Below are positions 36,199 to 50,300 of a stretch of 64,000 nucleotides of DNA, in pieces. Source of the DNA: Eledone cirrhosa. Lineage: Eukaryota. A program made the translations under genes and the position numbers. A model generated the notes under the pieces. That model did not search any database. It had not been told where the DNA came from and was given only the letters and a program-made list of their open reading frames with translations. Each line of letters starts with the position of its first letter. The first letter of the stretch is position 1. Where the stretch lies: the NCBI GenBank assembly GCA_964016885.1, contig OZ024744.1:77748001-77812000 (forward strand). The letters run 5' to 3'.

Positions 36199-37050
36199 TC
36201 CTCTACAGAATGGAGAACAATAAAGAACGTGAAGATCTCCCCCCCCCCCTCTCTCTCTCTCTCTCTGTCTTTATATATATATATGTGTGTTTGTGTGTGT
36301 GTGTGAACCAGCGTTCGTCGCCATTCTCTCTCTCTCTATACGAATATCTTGTACCTCTCTCTGTATAACGACCTATCTCACTCTCTCTCTTTAGATGTAT
36401 ATATGTGTGTGTGTGTGTATGTGTGCGTGTGCGTGTGCGTGCGTGTGTGTGTGTGTGTGTGTAGTTTTCGTGCAACCAGCCAACCAATATTTATCTAGGG
36501 GCCGCATTAACAAAATCTTGAAACTTTTGTGAGTCCAAAACACTCATGGGAACATAACGCATGTTTGTTCCAAGTTGGAAGAAAATTGGTTGCAAACTGT
36601 AGAAGTTCTGTGGGTACGGACATACACACACACATCCTCAGTTTATATATATATGTATATATAATAAGCAGCGATTCTTTGCTTAAACCTTTGTATATAT
36701 ATATATAGATATATATGTATATGTGTATATGTGTGTATATATGTGTATATGTGTGTATATATATATATATGTATATATAAGTATATATGTGTGTGCGTGT
36801 GTGTGAGAATATAGCGAAGATAATAGGTCAGCAATGACGTGTTCGTGAGAATGTCGTTATGCATACAGACAGATATTATAAGGGCTCGACGGAAATGGAT
36901 AACCGGCGCCTAACACCACTTTAACAACAGAAAATTGACCGCAAGGAGTATATAAATGCAAGTTTGGAGTCAATCGGAGTAGAAATGTGGATTTGTATAG
37001 ACTTTGCAAAAATAAGAACACACACACAGACAACATCAGTTTTATATATC
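35041..37050 (-). mobile_element. Composite non-autonomous Helitron(s)
   Basis: 3' end CCCGAGCAACGCCGGGTACCTCTCCTAG|T; 5'-end-like modules near 36655 and 37050; AAGTTT..AAATCGG modules as in the 15462 element. Confidence 0.6.
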
Positions 37051-37065
37051 AAATCATCAAAAATC

Positions 37066-37334
37066 ATCATTTTACGTCCGCTTTTCCCTGCTTGTAAGGA
37101 TGGGACGGGAACTGATTCTGGCTTGATTTCTACAGCTGGATGACCCCCTAACACCAACCTCATTTACAGTGAGTGCTGGGTGCTTTTTTTCTGTGGCACC
37201 TCCACGACCACTTTGCAGTGGAATGATAGGGACCTCAGTCCCTATCATCTCATTTCTACAGCTGAGTAAACTGGAGCAATGTGAAATAAAGTGTCTTGCT
37301 CAAGGAAACAACACATCACCCAGTCTGAGAATTG

Positions 37335-37335
<1 letters not shown>
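37066..37335 (-). mobile_element. SINE family 1, head truncated
   Basis: Homology to 10203-10540. Confidence 0.8.
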
Positions 37336-37372
<37 letters not shown>

Positions 37373-37593
37373 TCATTTAATTTATTAATTTATTAATTTA
37401 TTATTTGAGTGACCCGAATTTTCCTGGTCGTTTTTTTCGGCTGTGCGAATGATTTTAGGCATCGTCTCTATGTGTTGGTATCTTAACGATAGTTATAGCT
37501 CTGGTTTATCCAAACTATTGAGCCCTCTGCCACACATGTCGAAGATTGTTTATCGTTATTTCGTGGGCCGAGATTCTGATTCTCGATTATTTA

Positions 37594-37644
<51 letters not shown>

Positions 37645-37649
<5 letters not shown>

Positions 37650-38905
37650 GAAGAGAGAAGAAACATTTAGATATAATTAGTAATAAAATGTATCATACCT
37701 AAACTGCTCCTAGATTCCTCGACTACGTAGTTTCGTGGCATAAACAAAAACAATACATCATAAAGATATAGAGTCCTTGCGAGGTCTGCCGACTTATCAA
37801 GAGGATACCTCATTTTACTAGCTTCAAGAACGCGTCCACACGACGTGAGAAAGAATCCCAAAAGGCGGAGGGGGAGATAGTCACGCGATATAACGGTCGA
37901 GAAACAGAGCTAAGCCTCTTATAACCCCGAAGAAAATACCACGGAGGCGGAGGGGGTATTTATATCGAAGCCGTAGAAGAGGTGGTGAAGGGGGAGAGAA
38001 GTATGAGTAATAGCAGCTTTCCAGCAGTCACCACACTTCAAAGATTACTCAACCAGAGGGAGTTATTAACAATATATTTAGAAACCCACGGATACATGCG
38101 GACACACACATATGCATGAATGCATCCACACCCAACCGTGAGTTAAGGGTGCCAACCTCACCGATGTTGCTCAATGAATGACTGGGACAGTCCAATCCGG
38201 TTGAACTAGACTGAACCAGTATCATGGCACCCTTAACTCATGGTTGGGTGTGGATGCATTCATGTATATGTGTGTGTCCGCATGCATCTGTAGGTTTCTA
38301 AATATATTGTTAATAACTCCCTCTGGTTGAGTAATCTTTGAAGTCTGGTGACTGCTGGAAAGCTGCCATTACTCATACATCTCGCCTCATTCACCACCTC
38401 TTCTACGGCTTCGATATAAATACCCCCTCCGCCTCCGTGGTATTTTCTTCGGGGTTATAAGAGGCTTAGCTCTGTTTCTCGACCGTTATATCGCGTGACT
38501 ATCTCCCCCTCCGCCTTTTGGGATTCTTTCTCACGTCGTGTGGACGCGTTCTTGAAGCTAGTAAAATGAGGTATCCTCTTGATAAGTCGGCAGACCTCGC
38601 AAGGACTCTATATCTTTATGATGTATTGTTTTTGTTTATGCCACGAAACTACGTAGTCGAGGAATCTAGGAGCAGTTTAGGTATGATACATTTTATTACT
38701 AATTATATCTAAATGTTTCTTCTCTCTTCATAATGTATTTTTAACTCTGATACTGGTTCAGTCTAGTTCAACCGGATTGGACTGTCCCAGTCATTCATTG
38801 AGCAACATCGGTGAGGTTGGCACCCTTAACTCACGGTTGGGTGTGGATGCATTCATGTATATGTGTGTGTCCGCATGTATCTGTGGGTTTCTAAATATAT
38901 TGTTA
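37645..38905. mobile_element. HHR-bearing non-coding element (family K): inverted copy plus a ~593-bp partial tandem unit
   Basis: 37645-38152 is the reverse complement of 38226-38733; GGCACCCTTAACTCA recurs at 38226 and 38819; 38070-38223 mirrors 38750-38905; TA flanks. Confidence 0.8.
38574..38663 (+). ncRNA. Type I hammerhead ribozyme, U3-A8 variant (family K); mirror copy 37716-37805 (-)
   Basis: TCCTC-TTGATAA-GTcGGCA...TGCCAC-GAAACTACGTAGT-C-GAGGA; palindromic stem III, GUC site. Confidence 0.85.
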
Positions 38906-38921
38906 TATATATATATATATA

Positions 38922-39086
38922 TAGGAACGAGTAGGACCCCGACGGCTGGTCCAGAATTAGCCGTCGAAACGGCTTGAGCTCAGCCGTCGGGGTCCTACTC
39001 GTTCCTATTACCCACTCTACTACCCTAAGTATTGAGTACTTTGGTGCGTTATGGTCCACCTGGTTCCTTACCACATTTCCTTCATT
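38922..39086. mobile_element. Mini inverted family E pLTR end
   Basis: GAAACGGCttgagctcaGCCGTC-GGGGTC plus TATTGAGTAC tail; similar to 12998-13185. Confidence 0.75.
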
Positions 39087-39361
39087 ATATATATATATAT
39101 ATACATACACAAGCACAATAACAACAAACATATTAACACACACTAGTAAAGATAGAATACATTAACCAATACACAGTCACCCAATCACGAACACACATCA
39201 AACAAAACACTATACACACACGCAAACGCATGCGCAAAGAAGACAAAATAAAATAAACAAATAAATAAATATATAAACAGACTAAATAAAGATGGCATAG
39301 AAAATACAATGTAACGGGAGGAAACAATAACACTACTGACGATGTTACAGATGTGCAACGA

Positions 39362-39987
39362 AAGAACTTTGATAAACTATATATATGTGTTTGTGTCTAT
39401 ATTGTATCTGTATTATTTTTGACCGTTGGTCAGTCAATGGCAACATTGAGGACCGAATAAATTAGATTACCGATATAAAAGACACAGAAGCGAAAAGCGA
39501 AAACCAACCAAACAGTGAGTGTGTTCTGTTATTAATTCTGGCAATATTACACAAATATGACCCTCCCCAAGTATAACAATATTTGTTTCGACACACGATT
39601 TCATATCAAAAACCTCGGAAAACTATATATATGCAAAAGTTCTATTTAAATTGTTGGGATACAACAAGCAAATATTTTTATAACTGATATAAAGCACTCG
39701 ACAAGTATTTGGAGTAAAGTGGAGAAAGAAAGGGAGAGATAAAGAAAGAAAAAGAAAAAAGAAAAAAAGAAAAAAGAGGGGGAGGGTCATATTTCTGTAA
39801 TATTGCCAGAATTAATAACAGAACACACTCACTGTTTGGTTGGTTTTGGCTTTTCGCTTCTGTGTCTTTTATATCGGTAATCTAATTTACTCGGTCCTCA
39901 ATGTTGCCATTGACTGACCAACGGTCAAAAATAATACAGATACAATATAGACACAAACACATATATATAGTTTATCAAAGTTCTTTT
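39362..39987. repeat. ~205-bp inverted repeat (39362-39568 vs 39780-39986)
   Basis: Arms are near-exact reverse complements; spacer contains GCACTCGACA (tail motif on - strand). Confidence 0.8.
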
Positions 39988-40194
39988 TTTCTTTTTTCTT
40001 TTTCTTTCTTTATCTCTCCCTTTCTTTCTCCACTTTTCTCTCTCTCGGTTTTTCTCTTTCTCCGTCTATTTCCTTCTCCGTAACAAAACGACTTACTAAG
40101 ATAAACAAATTCACTATCCCTGATGTCTTCCAAAAGTAACGGTTGCATTTTGAAAGGGTATGTCAATATTTATTTATAAAACTGGTATATATTG

Positions 40195-40259
40195 TATTTT
40201 GTCTGATGAAAGCATACCATAATTTAACATGGTATCCTTGAAATATGTATAATAAAATA
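40195..40259 (+). ncRNA. Type I hammerhead ribozyme (family L)
   Basis: TATTTTGT-CTGATGA-AAGcATACCATaatttaacATGGTATcCTT-GAAATATGTAT-A-ATAAAATA; AUA site. Confidence 0.75.
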
Positions 40260-40301
40260 GATATGGTTTTATAAATATAGTTTCCATTTGTTAATATCGT
40301 A

Positions 40302-40364
<63 letters not shown>

Positions 40365-40365
<1 letters not shown>

Positions 40366-40475
40366 GAAAGAGTCGGCACCCAACGAATGAGTTCTTGGCA
40401 TTTCCACAGTTGCAATTCAGTTTGGAACTAGCTGTTGAAACGGCAAGAGCTCAGCTGTCGGGATCCCAACTCTTA
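40365..40475. mobile_element. Diverged family E-like hairpin remnant
   Basis: GAAACGGCaagagctcaGCTGTC-GGGATCCCAACTCTT with an imperfect inverted copy upstream. Confidence 0.55.
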
Positions 40476-40555
40476 TCATCATCATCATCACCATCGTAAT
40501 CATCATCGTCATCATAATCATCGCTTTTCCATTTTTGCATGGATTGGAAATATAT

Positions 40556-41220
<665 letters not shown>

Positions 41221-41375
41221 TAGGTTAGTTAAAGCATTTGTTTCAAAAAGATATTCTAATTACAAAATGTCCTTAATGTCTCAAAGGACACAGAAGATAA
41301 ATTGTAAGGAGGTAGAAGAGAAACTAATTAGATCACAGCTGAGAAAAGTAAATGATGTTTATTGATTAAAGAGGA

Positions 41376-44300
41376 GGTGGTATAGTCTATGGTGATATAT
41401 AGTCTATGATGAGATATAGTCTGTGGTGAGATATAGTCTATGGTGAGATATAGTCTATGGTGAGATATAGTCTGTGGTGAGATATAGTCTGGGGTGAGAT
41501 ATAGTCTATGGTGAGATATAGTCTGGGGTGAGATATAGTCTGTGGTAAGATATAGTCTGTGGTGAGATATAGTCTGGGGTGAGATATAGTCTGGGGTGAG
41601 ATATAGTCTATGGTGAGATATAGTCTGTGGTGAGATATAGTCTGTAGTGAGATATAGTCTGTGGTGAGATATAGTCTGCGGTGAGATATAGTCTGTGGTG
41701 AGATATAGTCTGGGGTGAGATATAGTCTGTGGTGAGATATAGTGTGTGGTGAGATATAGACTATGGTGAGATATAGTCTATGGTGAGATATAGTCTGTGG
41801 TGAGATATATTCTATGGTGAGATATAGTCTGTGGTGAGATATAGTCTGTGGTGAGATATAGTCTGGGGTGAGATATAGTCTGGGGTGAGATATAGTCTGT
41901 GGTGAGATATAGTCTGTGGTGAGATATAGTCTGTGGTGTGATATAGTCTGGGGTGAGATATAGTCTGGGGTGAGATATAGTCTGTGGTGAGATATAGTCT
42001 GAAGTGAGATATAGTCTGTGGTGAGATATAGTCTGGGGTGCGATATAGTCTGGGGTGAGCTATAGTCTGTGGTGAGATATAATATGAGGTGAGATATACT
42101 CTGTGTTGAGATATAGTCTGGAGTGAGATATAGTCTGGGGTGAGATAAAGTCTGTGGTGAGATATAGTCTGTGGTGAGATATACTCTGTGTTGAGATATA
42201 GTCTGGGGTGAGATATAGTCTGTGGTGAGATATAGACTGTGGTGAGATATAGTCTATGGTGAGATATAGTCTGTGGTGAGATATAGTCTGTGGTGAGATA
42301 TAGTCTATGGTGTGATATAGTCTGGGGTGAGATATAGTCTGGGGTGAGATATAGTCTATGGTGAGATATAGTCTGTGGTGAGATATAGTCTATGGTGAGA
42401 TATAGTCTGTGGTGAGATATAGTGTGTGGTGAGATATAGTCTATGGTGTGATATAGTCTGGGGTGAGATATACTCTATGGTGAGATATACTCTGGGGTGA
42501 AATATAGTCTGTGGTGAGATATAGTCTGGGGTGAGATATAGTCTGGGGTGAGATATAGTCTGGTCTGAGATATAGTCTGTAGTGAGATATAGTCTGGGGT
42601 GAGATATAGTCTGGGGTGAGATATAGTCTGTGGTAAGATATAGTCTATGGTGAGATATAGTCTGTGGTGTGATATAGGCTGGAGTGAGATATAGTCTGTG
42701 GTTAGATATAGTCTGGGGTGAGATATAGTCTGTGGTTAGATATAGTCTGGGGTGAGATATAGTCTGTGGTGAGATATAGTCTGTGGTGAGATATAATATG
42801 GGGTGAGGTATAGTCTGTGGTGAGATATAGTCTGGGGTGAGATATAGTCTGGGGTAAGATATAGTCTGTGGTGAGATATAGTGTGTGGTAAGATATAGAT
42901 TATGGTGAGATATAGTCTATGGTGAGATATAGTCTGTAGTGAGATATATTCTATGGTGAGATATAGTCTGTGGTGAGATATAGTCTATGGTGAGATATAG
43001 TCTGGGGTGAGATATAGTCTGGGGTGAGATATAATCTGTCGTGAGATATAGTCTGTGGTGAGATATAGTCTGTGGTGAGATATAGTCTGTGGTGAGATAT
43101 AGTCTGTGGTGAGATATAGTCTGGGGTGAGATATAGTCTAGGGTGAGATATAGTCTGTGGTGAGATATAGTCTGTGGTGAGATATAATATGAGGTGAGAT
43201 ATACTCTGTGTTGAGATATAGTCTGGAGTGAGATATAGTCTGGGGTGAGATAAAGTCTGTGGTGAGATATAGACTGTGGTGAGATATAGTCTGGGGTGAG
43301 ATATAGTCTATGGTGAGATATAGTCTGTGGTGAGATATAGTCTATGGTGAGATATAGTCTGTGGTGAGATATAGTCTGTGGTGAGATATAGTCTATGGTG
43401 TGATATAGTCTGGGGTGAGATATAGTCTGTGGTGAGGTATAGTCTATGGTGAGATATAGTCCGTGGTGAGATATAGTCTGTGGTGAAATATAGTCTGGGG
43501 TGAGATATAGTGTGGGGTGAGAAATAGTCTGGGGTGAGATATACTCTATGGTGAGATATAGTCTGGGGTGAAATATAGTCTGTGGTGAGATATAGTCTGG
43601 GGTGAGATATAGTCTGGGGTGAGATATAGTCTGGTCTGAGATATAGTCTGTAGTGAGATATAGTCTGGGGTGAGATATAGTCTGGGGTGAGATATAGTCT
43701 GGGGTGAGATATAGTCTGTGGTAAGATATAGTCTATGGTGAGATATAGTCTGTGGTGTGATATAGGCTGGAGTGAGATATAGTCTGTGGTTAGATATAGT
43801 CTGGGGTGAGATATAGTCTGTGGTTAGATATAGTCTGGGGTGACATATAGTCTGTGGTGAGATATAGTCTGTGGTGAGATATAATATGAGGTGAGATATA
43901 GTCTGTGGTGAGATATAGTCTGGGGTGAGATGTATTCTGTGTTGAGATATAGTCTGGAGTGAGATATAGTCTGGTGTGACATATAGTCTGTGGTGAGTTA
44001 TAGTCTATGGTGAAATATAGTCTGTGGTGAGATAAAGTCTATGGTGAGATATAGTCTATGGTGAGATATAGTCTGTGGTGAGATATAGTCTATGGTGTGA
44101 TAGAGTCTGGGGTGAGATATAGTGTGGGGTGAGATATAGTCTATGGTGAGATATAGTCCGTGGTGAGATATAGTCTAGGGTGAGATATAGTCTGTGGTGA
44201 GATATAGTTTGTGGTAACATATAGTCTGGGGTGAGATATAGTCTGTGGTGAGATATTGTCTGTGGTGAGATATAGTCTGTGGTTAGATATAGTCTGGGGT

Positions 44301-47300
44301 GAGATATACTCTATGGTGAGATATAGTCTGGGGTGAGATATAGTCTGTGGTGAGATATAGTCTGGGGTGAGATATAGTCTGTAGCGAGATATAGTCTGTA
44401 GTGAGATATAGTCTGTGGTGAGATAGCGTCTGTGGTGAGATATAGTCTGTAGTGAGATATAGTCAGTAGTGAGATATAGTCTGTAGTGAGATATAGTCTG
44501 TGGTGAGATATAGTATATGGTGAGTTATAGTCTATGGTGAGATATAGTCTGTAGTGAGATACATTCTGTGGTGACATATAGTCTGTGGTGAGATATAATC
44601 TGGGGTGATATATAGTCTGGGGTGAGATATAGTCTGGGGTGAGATATAGTCTGTGGTGAGATATAGTGTGGGGTGAGATATAGTCTGTAGTCAGATATAG
44701 TCTGGGGTGAGATATAGTCTATGGTGAGATATAGTCTGTAGTGAGATATAGTCTGTGGTGAGATATAGTCTGTAGTCAAATATAGTCTGGGGTGAGATAT
44801 AGTATGAGGTGAGAAATAGTCTGTGGTGAGATATAGTGTGGGGTGAGATATAGTCTGTAATGAGATATAGTCTGGGGTGAGATATAGTCTGTGGTGAGAT
44901 ATAGTCTATGGTGAGATATAGTCCGTGGTGAGATATAGTCTGTGGTGAAATATAGTCTGGGGTGAGATATAGTGTGGGGTGAGATATAGTCTGGGGTGAG
45001 ATATACTCTATGGTGAGATATACTCTGGGGTGAAATATAGTCTGTGGTGAGATATAGTCTGGGATGAGATATAGTCTGGGGTGAGATATAGTCTGGTCTG
45101 AGATATAGTCTGTAGGGAGATATAGTCTGGGGTGAGATATAGTCTGGGGTGAGATATAGTCTGTGGTAAGATATAGTCTATGGTGAGATATAGTCTGTGG
45201 TGTGATATAGGCTGGAGTGAGATATAGTCTGTGGTTAGATATAGTCTGGAGTGAGATATAGTCTGTGGTTAGATATAGTCTGGGGTGAGATATAGTCTGT
45301 GGTGAGATATAGTCTGTGGTGAGATATAATATGAGGTGAGATATAGTCTGTGGTGAGATATAGTCTGGGGTGAGATATAGTCTGGGGTGAGATATAGTCT
45401 GTGGTGAGATATAGTGTGTGGTAAGATATAGACTATGGTGAGATATAGTCTATGGTGAGATATAGTGTGTGGTAAGATATAGACTATGGTGAGATATAGT
45501 CTATGGTGAGATATAGTCTGGGGTGAGATATAGTCTGTCGTGAGATATAGTCTGTGGTGAGATATAGTCTGTGGTGAGATATAGTCTGTGGTGTGATATA
45601 GTCTGTGGTGAGATATAGTCTGGGGTGAGATATAGTCTAGGGTGAGATATAGTCTATGGTGAGATATAGTCTGTGGTGAGATATAATATGAGGTGAGATA
45701 TACTCTGTGTTGAGATATAGTCTGGAGTGAGATATAGTCTGGGGTGAGATAAAGTCTGTGGTGAGATATAGTCTGTGGTGAGATATACTCTGTGTTGAGA
45801 TATAGTCTGGGGTGAGATATAGTCTGTGGTGAGATATAGATTGTGGTGAGATATAGTCTGGGGTGAGATATAGTCTATGGTGAGATATAGTCTGTGGTGA
45901 GATATAGTCTATGGTGAGATATAGTCTGTGGTGAGATATAGTCTGTGGTGAGATATAGTCTATAGTGTGATATAGTCTGGGGTGAGATATAGTCTGTGGT
46001 GAGATATAGTCTATGGTGAGATATAGGCCGTGGTGAGATATAGTCTGTGGTGAAATATAGTCTGGGGTGAGATATAGTGTGGGGTGAGAAATAGTCTGGG
46101 GTGAGATATACTCTATGGTGAGATATACTCTGGGGTGAAATATAGTCTGTGGTGAGATATAGTCTGGGGTGAGATATAGTCTGGGGTGAGATATAGTCTG
46201 GTCTGAGATATAGTCTGTAGTGAGATATAGTCTGGGGTGAGATATAGTCTGGGGTGAGATATAGTCTGTGGTAAGATATAGTCTATGGTGAGATATAGTC
46301 TGTGGTGTGATATAGGGTGGAGTGAGATATAGTCTGTGGTTAGATATAGTCTGGGGTGAGATATAGTCTGTGGTTAGATATAGTCTGGGGTGACATATAG
46401 TCTGTGGTGAGATATAGTCTGTGGTGAGATATAATATGAGGTGAGATATAGTCTGTGGTGAGATATAGTCTGGGGTGAGATGTATTCTGTGTTGAGATAT
46501 AGTCTGGAGTGAGATATAGTCTGGTGTGAGATATAGTCTGTGGTGAGTTATAGTCTATGGTGAGATATAGTCTGTGCTGAGATAAAGTCTATGGTGAGAT
46601 ATAGTCTATGGTGAGATATAGTATGTGGTGAGATATAGTCTATGGTGTGATAGAGTCTGGGGTGAGATATAGTCTGTGGTGAGATATAGTCTATGGTGAG
46701 ATATAGTCCGTGGTGAGATATAGTCTAGGGTGAGATATAGTCTGTGGTGAGATATAGTTTGTGGTAAGATATAGTCTGGAGTGAGATATAGTCTGTGGTG
46801 AGATATAGTCTGTGGTGAGATATAGTCTGTGGTTAGGTGTAGTCTGTAGTGAGATATAGTCTGTAGTGAGATATAGTCTGTAGTGAGATATAGTCTGTGG
46901 TGAGATATAGTATATGGTGAGTTATAGTCTATGGTGAGATATAGTCTGTAGTGAGATACATTCTGTGGTGACATATAGTCTGTGGTGAGATATAATCTGG
47001 GGTGATATATAGTCTGGGGTGAGATATAGTCTGGGGTGAGATATAGTCTGGGGTGAGATATAGTCTGTGGTGAGATATAGTCTGGGGTGAGATATAGTCT
47101 GTAGCGAGATATAGTCTGTAGTGAGATATAGTCTGTGGTGAGATAGCGTCTGTGGTGAGATATAGTCTGTAGTGAGATATAGTCAGTAGTGAGATATAGT
47201 CTGTAGTGAGATATAGTCTGTGGTGAGATATAGTATATGGTGAGTTATAGTCTATGGTGAGATATAGTCTGTAGTGAGATACATTCTGTGGTGACATATA

Positions 47301-50300
47301 GTCTGTGGTGAGATATAATCTGGGGTGATATATAGTCTGGGGTGAGATATAGTCTGGGGTGAGATATAGTCTGTGGTGAGATATAGTGTGGGGTGAGATA
47401 TAGTCTGTAGTCAGATATAGTCTGGGGTGAGATATAGTCTATGGTGAGATATAGTGTGGGGTGAGATATAGTCTGTAGTGAGATATAGTCTGTGGTGAGA
47501 TATAGTCTGTAGTCAAATATAGTCTGGGGTGAGATATAGTATGAGGTGAGAAATAGTCTGTGGTGAGATATAGTGTGGGGTGAGATATAGTCTGTAATGA
47601 GATATAGTCTGGGGTGAGATATAGTCTGTGGTGAGATATAGTCTATGGTGAGATATAGTCCGTGGTGAGATATAGTCTGTGGTGAAATATAGTCTGGGGT
47701 GAGATATAGTGTGGGGTGAGATATAGTCTGGGGTGAGATATACTCTATGGTGAGATATACTCTGGGGTGAAATATAGTCTGTGGTGAGATATAGTCTGGG
47801 ATGAGATATAGTCTGGGGTGAGATATAGTCTGGTCTGAGATATAGTCTGTAGGGAGATATAGTCTGGGGTGAGATATAGTCTGGGGTGAGATATAGTCTG
47901 TGGTAAGATATAGTCTATGGTGAGATATAGTCTGTGGTGTGATATAGGCTGGAGTGAGATATAGTCTGTGGTTAGATATAGTCTGGAGTGAGATATAGTC
48001 TGTGGTTAGATATAGTCTGGGGTGAGATATAGTCTGTGGTGAGATATAGTCTGTGGTGAGATATAATATGAGGTGAGATATAGTCTGTGGTGAGATATAG
48101 TCTGGGGTGAGATATAGTCTGGGGTGAGATATAGTCTGTGGTGAGATATAGTGTGTGGTAAGATATAGACTATGGTGAGATATAGTCTATGGTGAGATAT
48201 AGTGTGTGGTAAGATATAGACTATGGTGAGATATAGTCTATGGTGAGATATAGTCTGGGGTGAGATATAGTCTGTCGTGAGATATAGTCTGTGGTGAGAT
48301 ATAGTCTATGGTGAGATATAGTCTGTGGTGTGATATAGGCTGGAGTGAGATATAGTCTGTGGTTAGATATAGTCTGGGGTGAGATATAGTCTGTGGTTAG
48401 ATATAGTCTGGGGTGACATATAGTCTGTGGTGAGATATAGTCTGTGGTGAGATATAATATGAGGTGAGATATAGTCTGTGGTGAGATATAGTCTGGGGTG
48501 AGATGTATTCTGTGTTGAGATATAGTCTGGAGTGAGATATAGTCTGGTGTGACATATAGTCTGTGGTGAGTTATAGTCTATGGTGAAATATAGTCTGTGG
48601 TGAGATAAAGTCTATGGTGAGATATAGTCTATGGTGAGATATAGTCTGTGGTGAGATATAGTCTATGGTGTGATAGAGTCTGGGGTGAGATATAGTGTGG
48701 GGTGAGATATAGTCTATGGTGAGATATAGTCCGTGGTGAGATATAGTCTAGGGTGAGATATAGTCTGTGGTGAGATATAGTTTGTGGTAAGATATAGTCT
48801 GGGGTGAGATATAGTCTGTGGTGAGATATTGTCTGTGGTGAGATATAGTCTGTGGTTAGATATAGTCTGGGGTGAGATATACTCTATGGTGAGATATAGT
48901 CTGGGGTGAGATATAGTCTGTGGTGAGATATAGTCTGGGGTGAGATATAGTCTGTAGCGAGATATAGTCTGTAGTGAGATATAGTCTGTGGTGAGATAGC
49001 GTCTGTGGTGAGATATAGTCTGTAGTGAGATATAGTCAGTAGTGAGATATAGTCTGTAGTGAGATATAGTCTGTGGTGAGATATAGTATATGGTGAGTTA
49101 TAGTCTATGGTGAGATATAGTCTGTAGTGAGATACATTCTGTGGTGACATATAGTCTGTGGTGAGATATAATCTGGGGTGATATATAGTCTGGGGTGAGA
49201 TATAGTCTGGGGTGAGATATAGTCTGTGGTGAGATATAGTGTGGGGTGAGATATAGTCTGTAGTCAGATATAGTCTGGGGTGAGATATAGTCTATGGTGA
49301 GATATAGTCTGTAGTGAGATATAGTCTGTGGTGAGATATAGTCTGTAGTCAAATATAGTCTGGGGTGAGATATAGTATGAGGTGAGAAATAGTCTGTGGT
49401 GAGATATAGTGTGGGGTGAGATATAGTCTGTAATGAGATATAGTCTGGGGTGAGATATAGTCTGTGGTGAGATATAGTCTATGGTGAGATATAGTCCGTG
49501 GTGAGATATAGTCTGTGGTGAAATATAGTCTGGGGTGAGATATAGTGTGGGGTGAGATATAGTCTGGGGTGAGATATACTCTATGGTGAGATATACTCTG
49601 GGGTGAAATATAGTCTGTGGTGAGATATAGTCTGGGGTGAGATATAGTCTGGGGTGAGATATAGTCTGGTCTGAGATATAGTCTGTAGGGAGATATAGTC
49701 TGGGGTGAGATATAGTCTGGGGTGAGATATAGTCTGTGGTAAGATATAGTCTATGGTGAGATATAGTCTGTGGTGTGATATAGGCTGGAGTGAGATATAG
49801 TCTGTGGTTAGATATAGTCTGGAGTGAGATATAGTCTGTGGTTAGATATAGTCTGGGGTGAGATATAGTCTGTGGTGAGATATAGTCTGTGGTGAGATAT
49901 AATATGAGGTGAGATATAGTCTGTGGTGAGATATAGTCTGGGGTGAGATATAGTCTGGGGTGAGATATAGTCTGTGGTGAGATATAGTGTGTGGTAAGAT
50001 ATAGACTATGGTGAGATATAGTCTATGGTGAGATATAGTCTGTGGTGAGATATATTCTATGGTGAGATATAGTCTGTGGTGAGATATAGTCTATGGTGAG
50101 GTATAGTCGGGGGTGAGATATAGTCTGGGGTGAGATATAGTCTGTCGTGAGATATAGTCTGTGGTGAGATATAGTCTGTGGTGAGATATAGTCTGTGGTG
50201 TGATATAGTCTGTGGTGAGATATAGTCTGGGGTGAGATATAGTCTAGGGTGAGATATAGTCTATGGTGAGATATAGTCTGTGGTGAGATATAATATGAGG

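Noticed and set aside
37667-38712. Identical 64-aa ORFs on opposite strands
   Set aside because: Consequence of the inverted repeat; TTG start, overlaps the ribozyme, no recognisable domain
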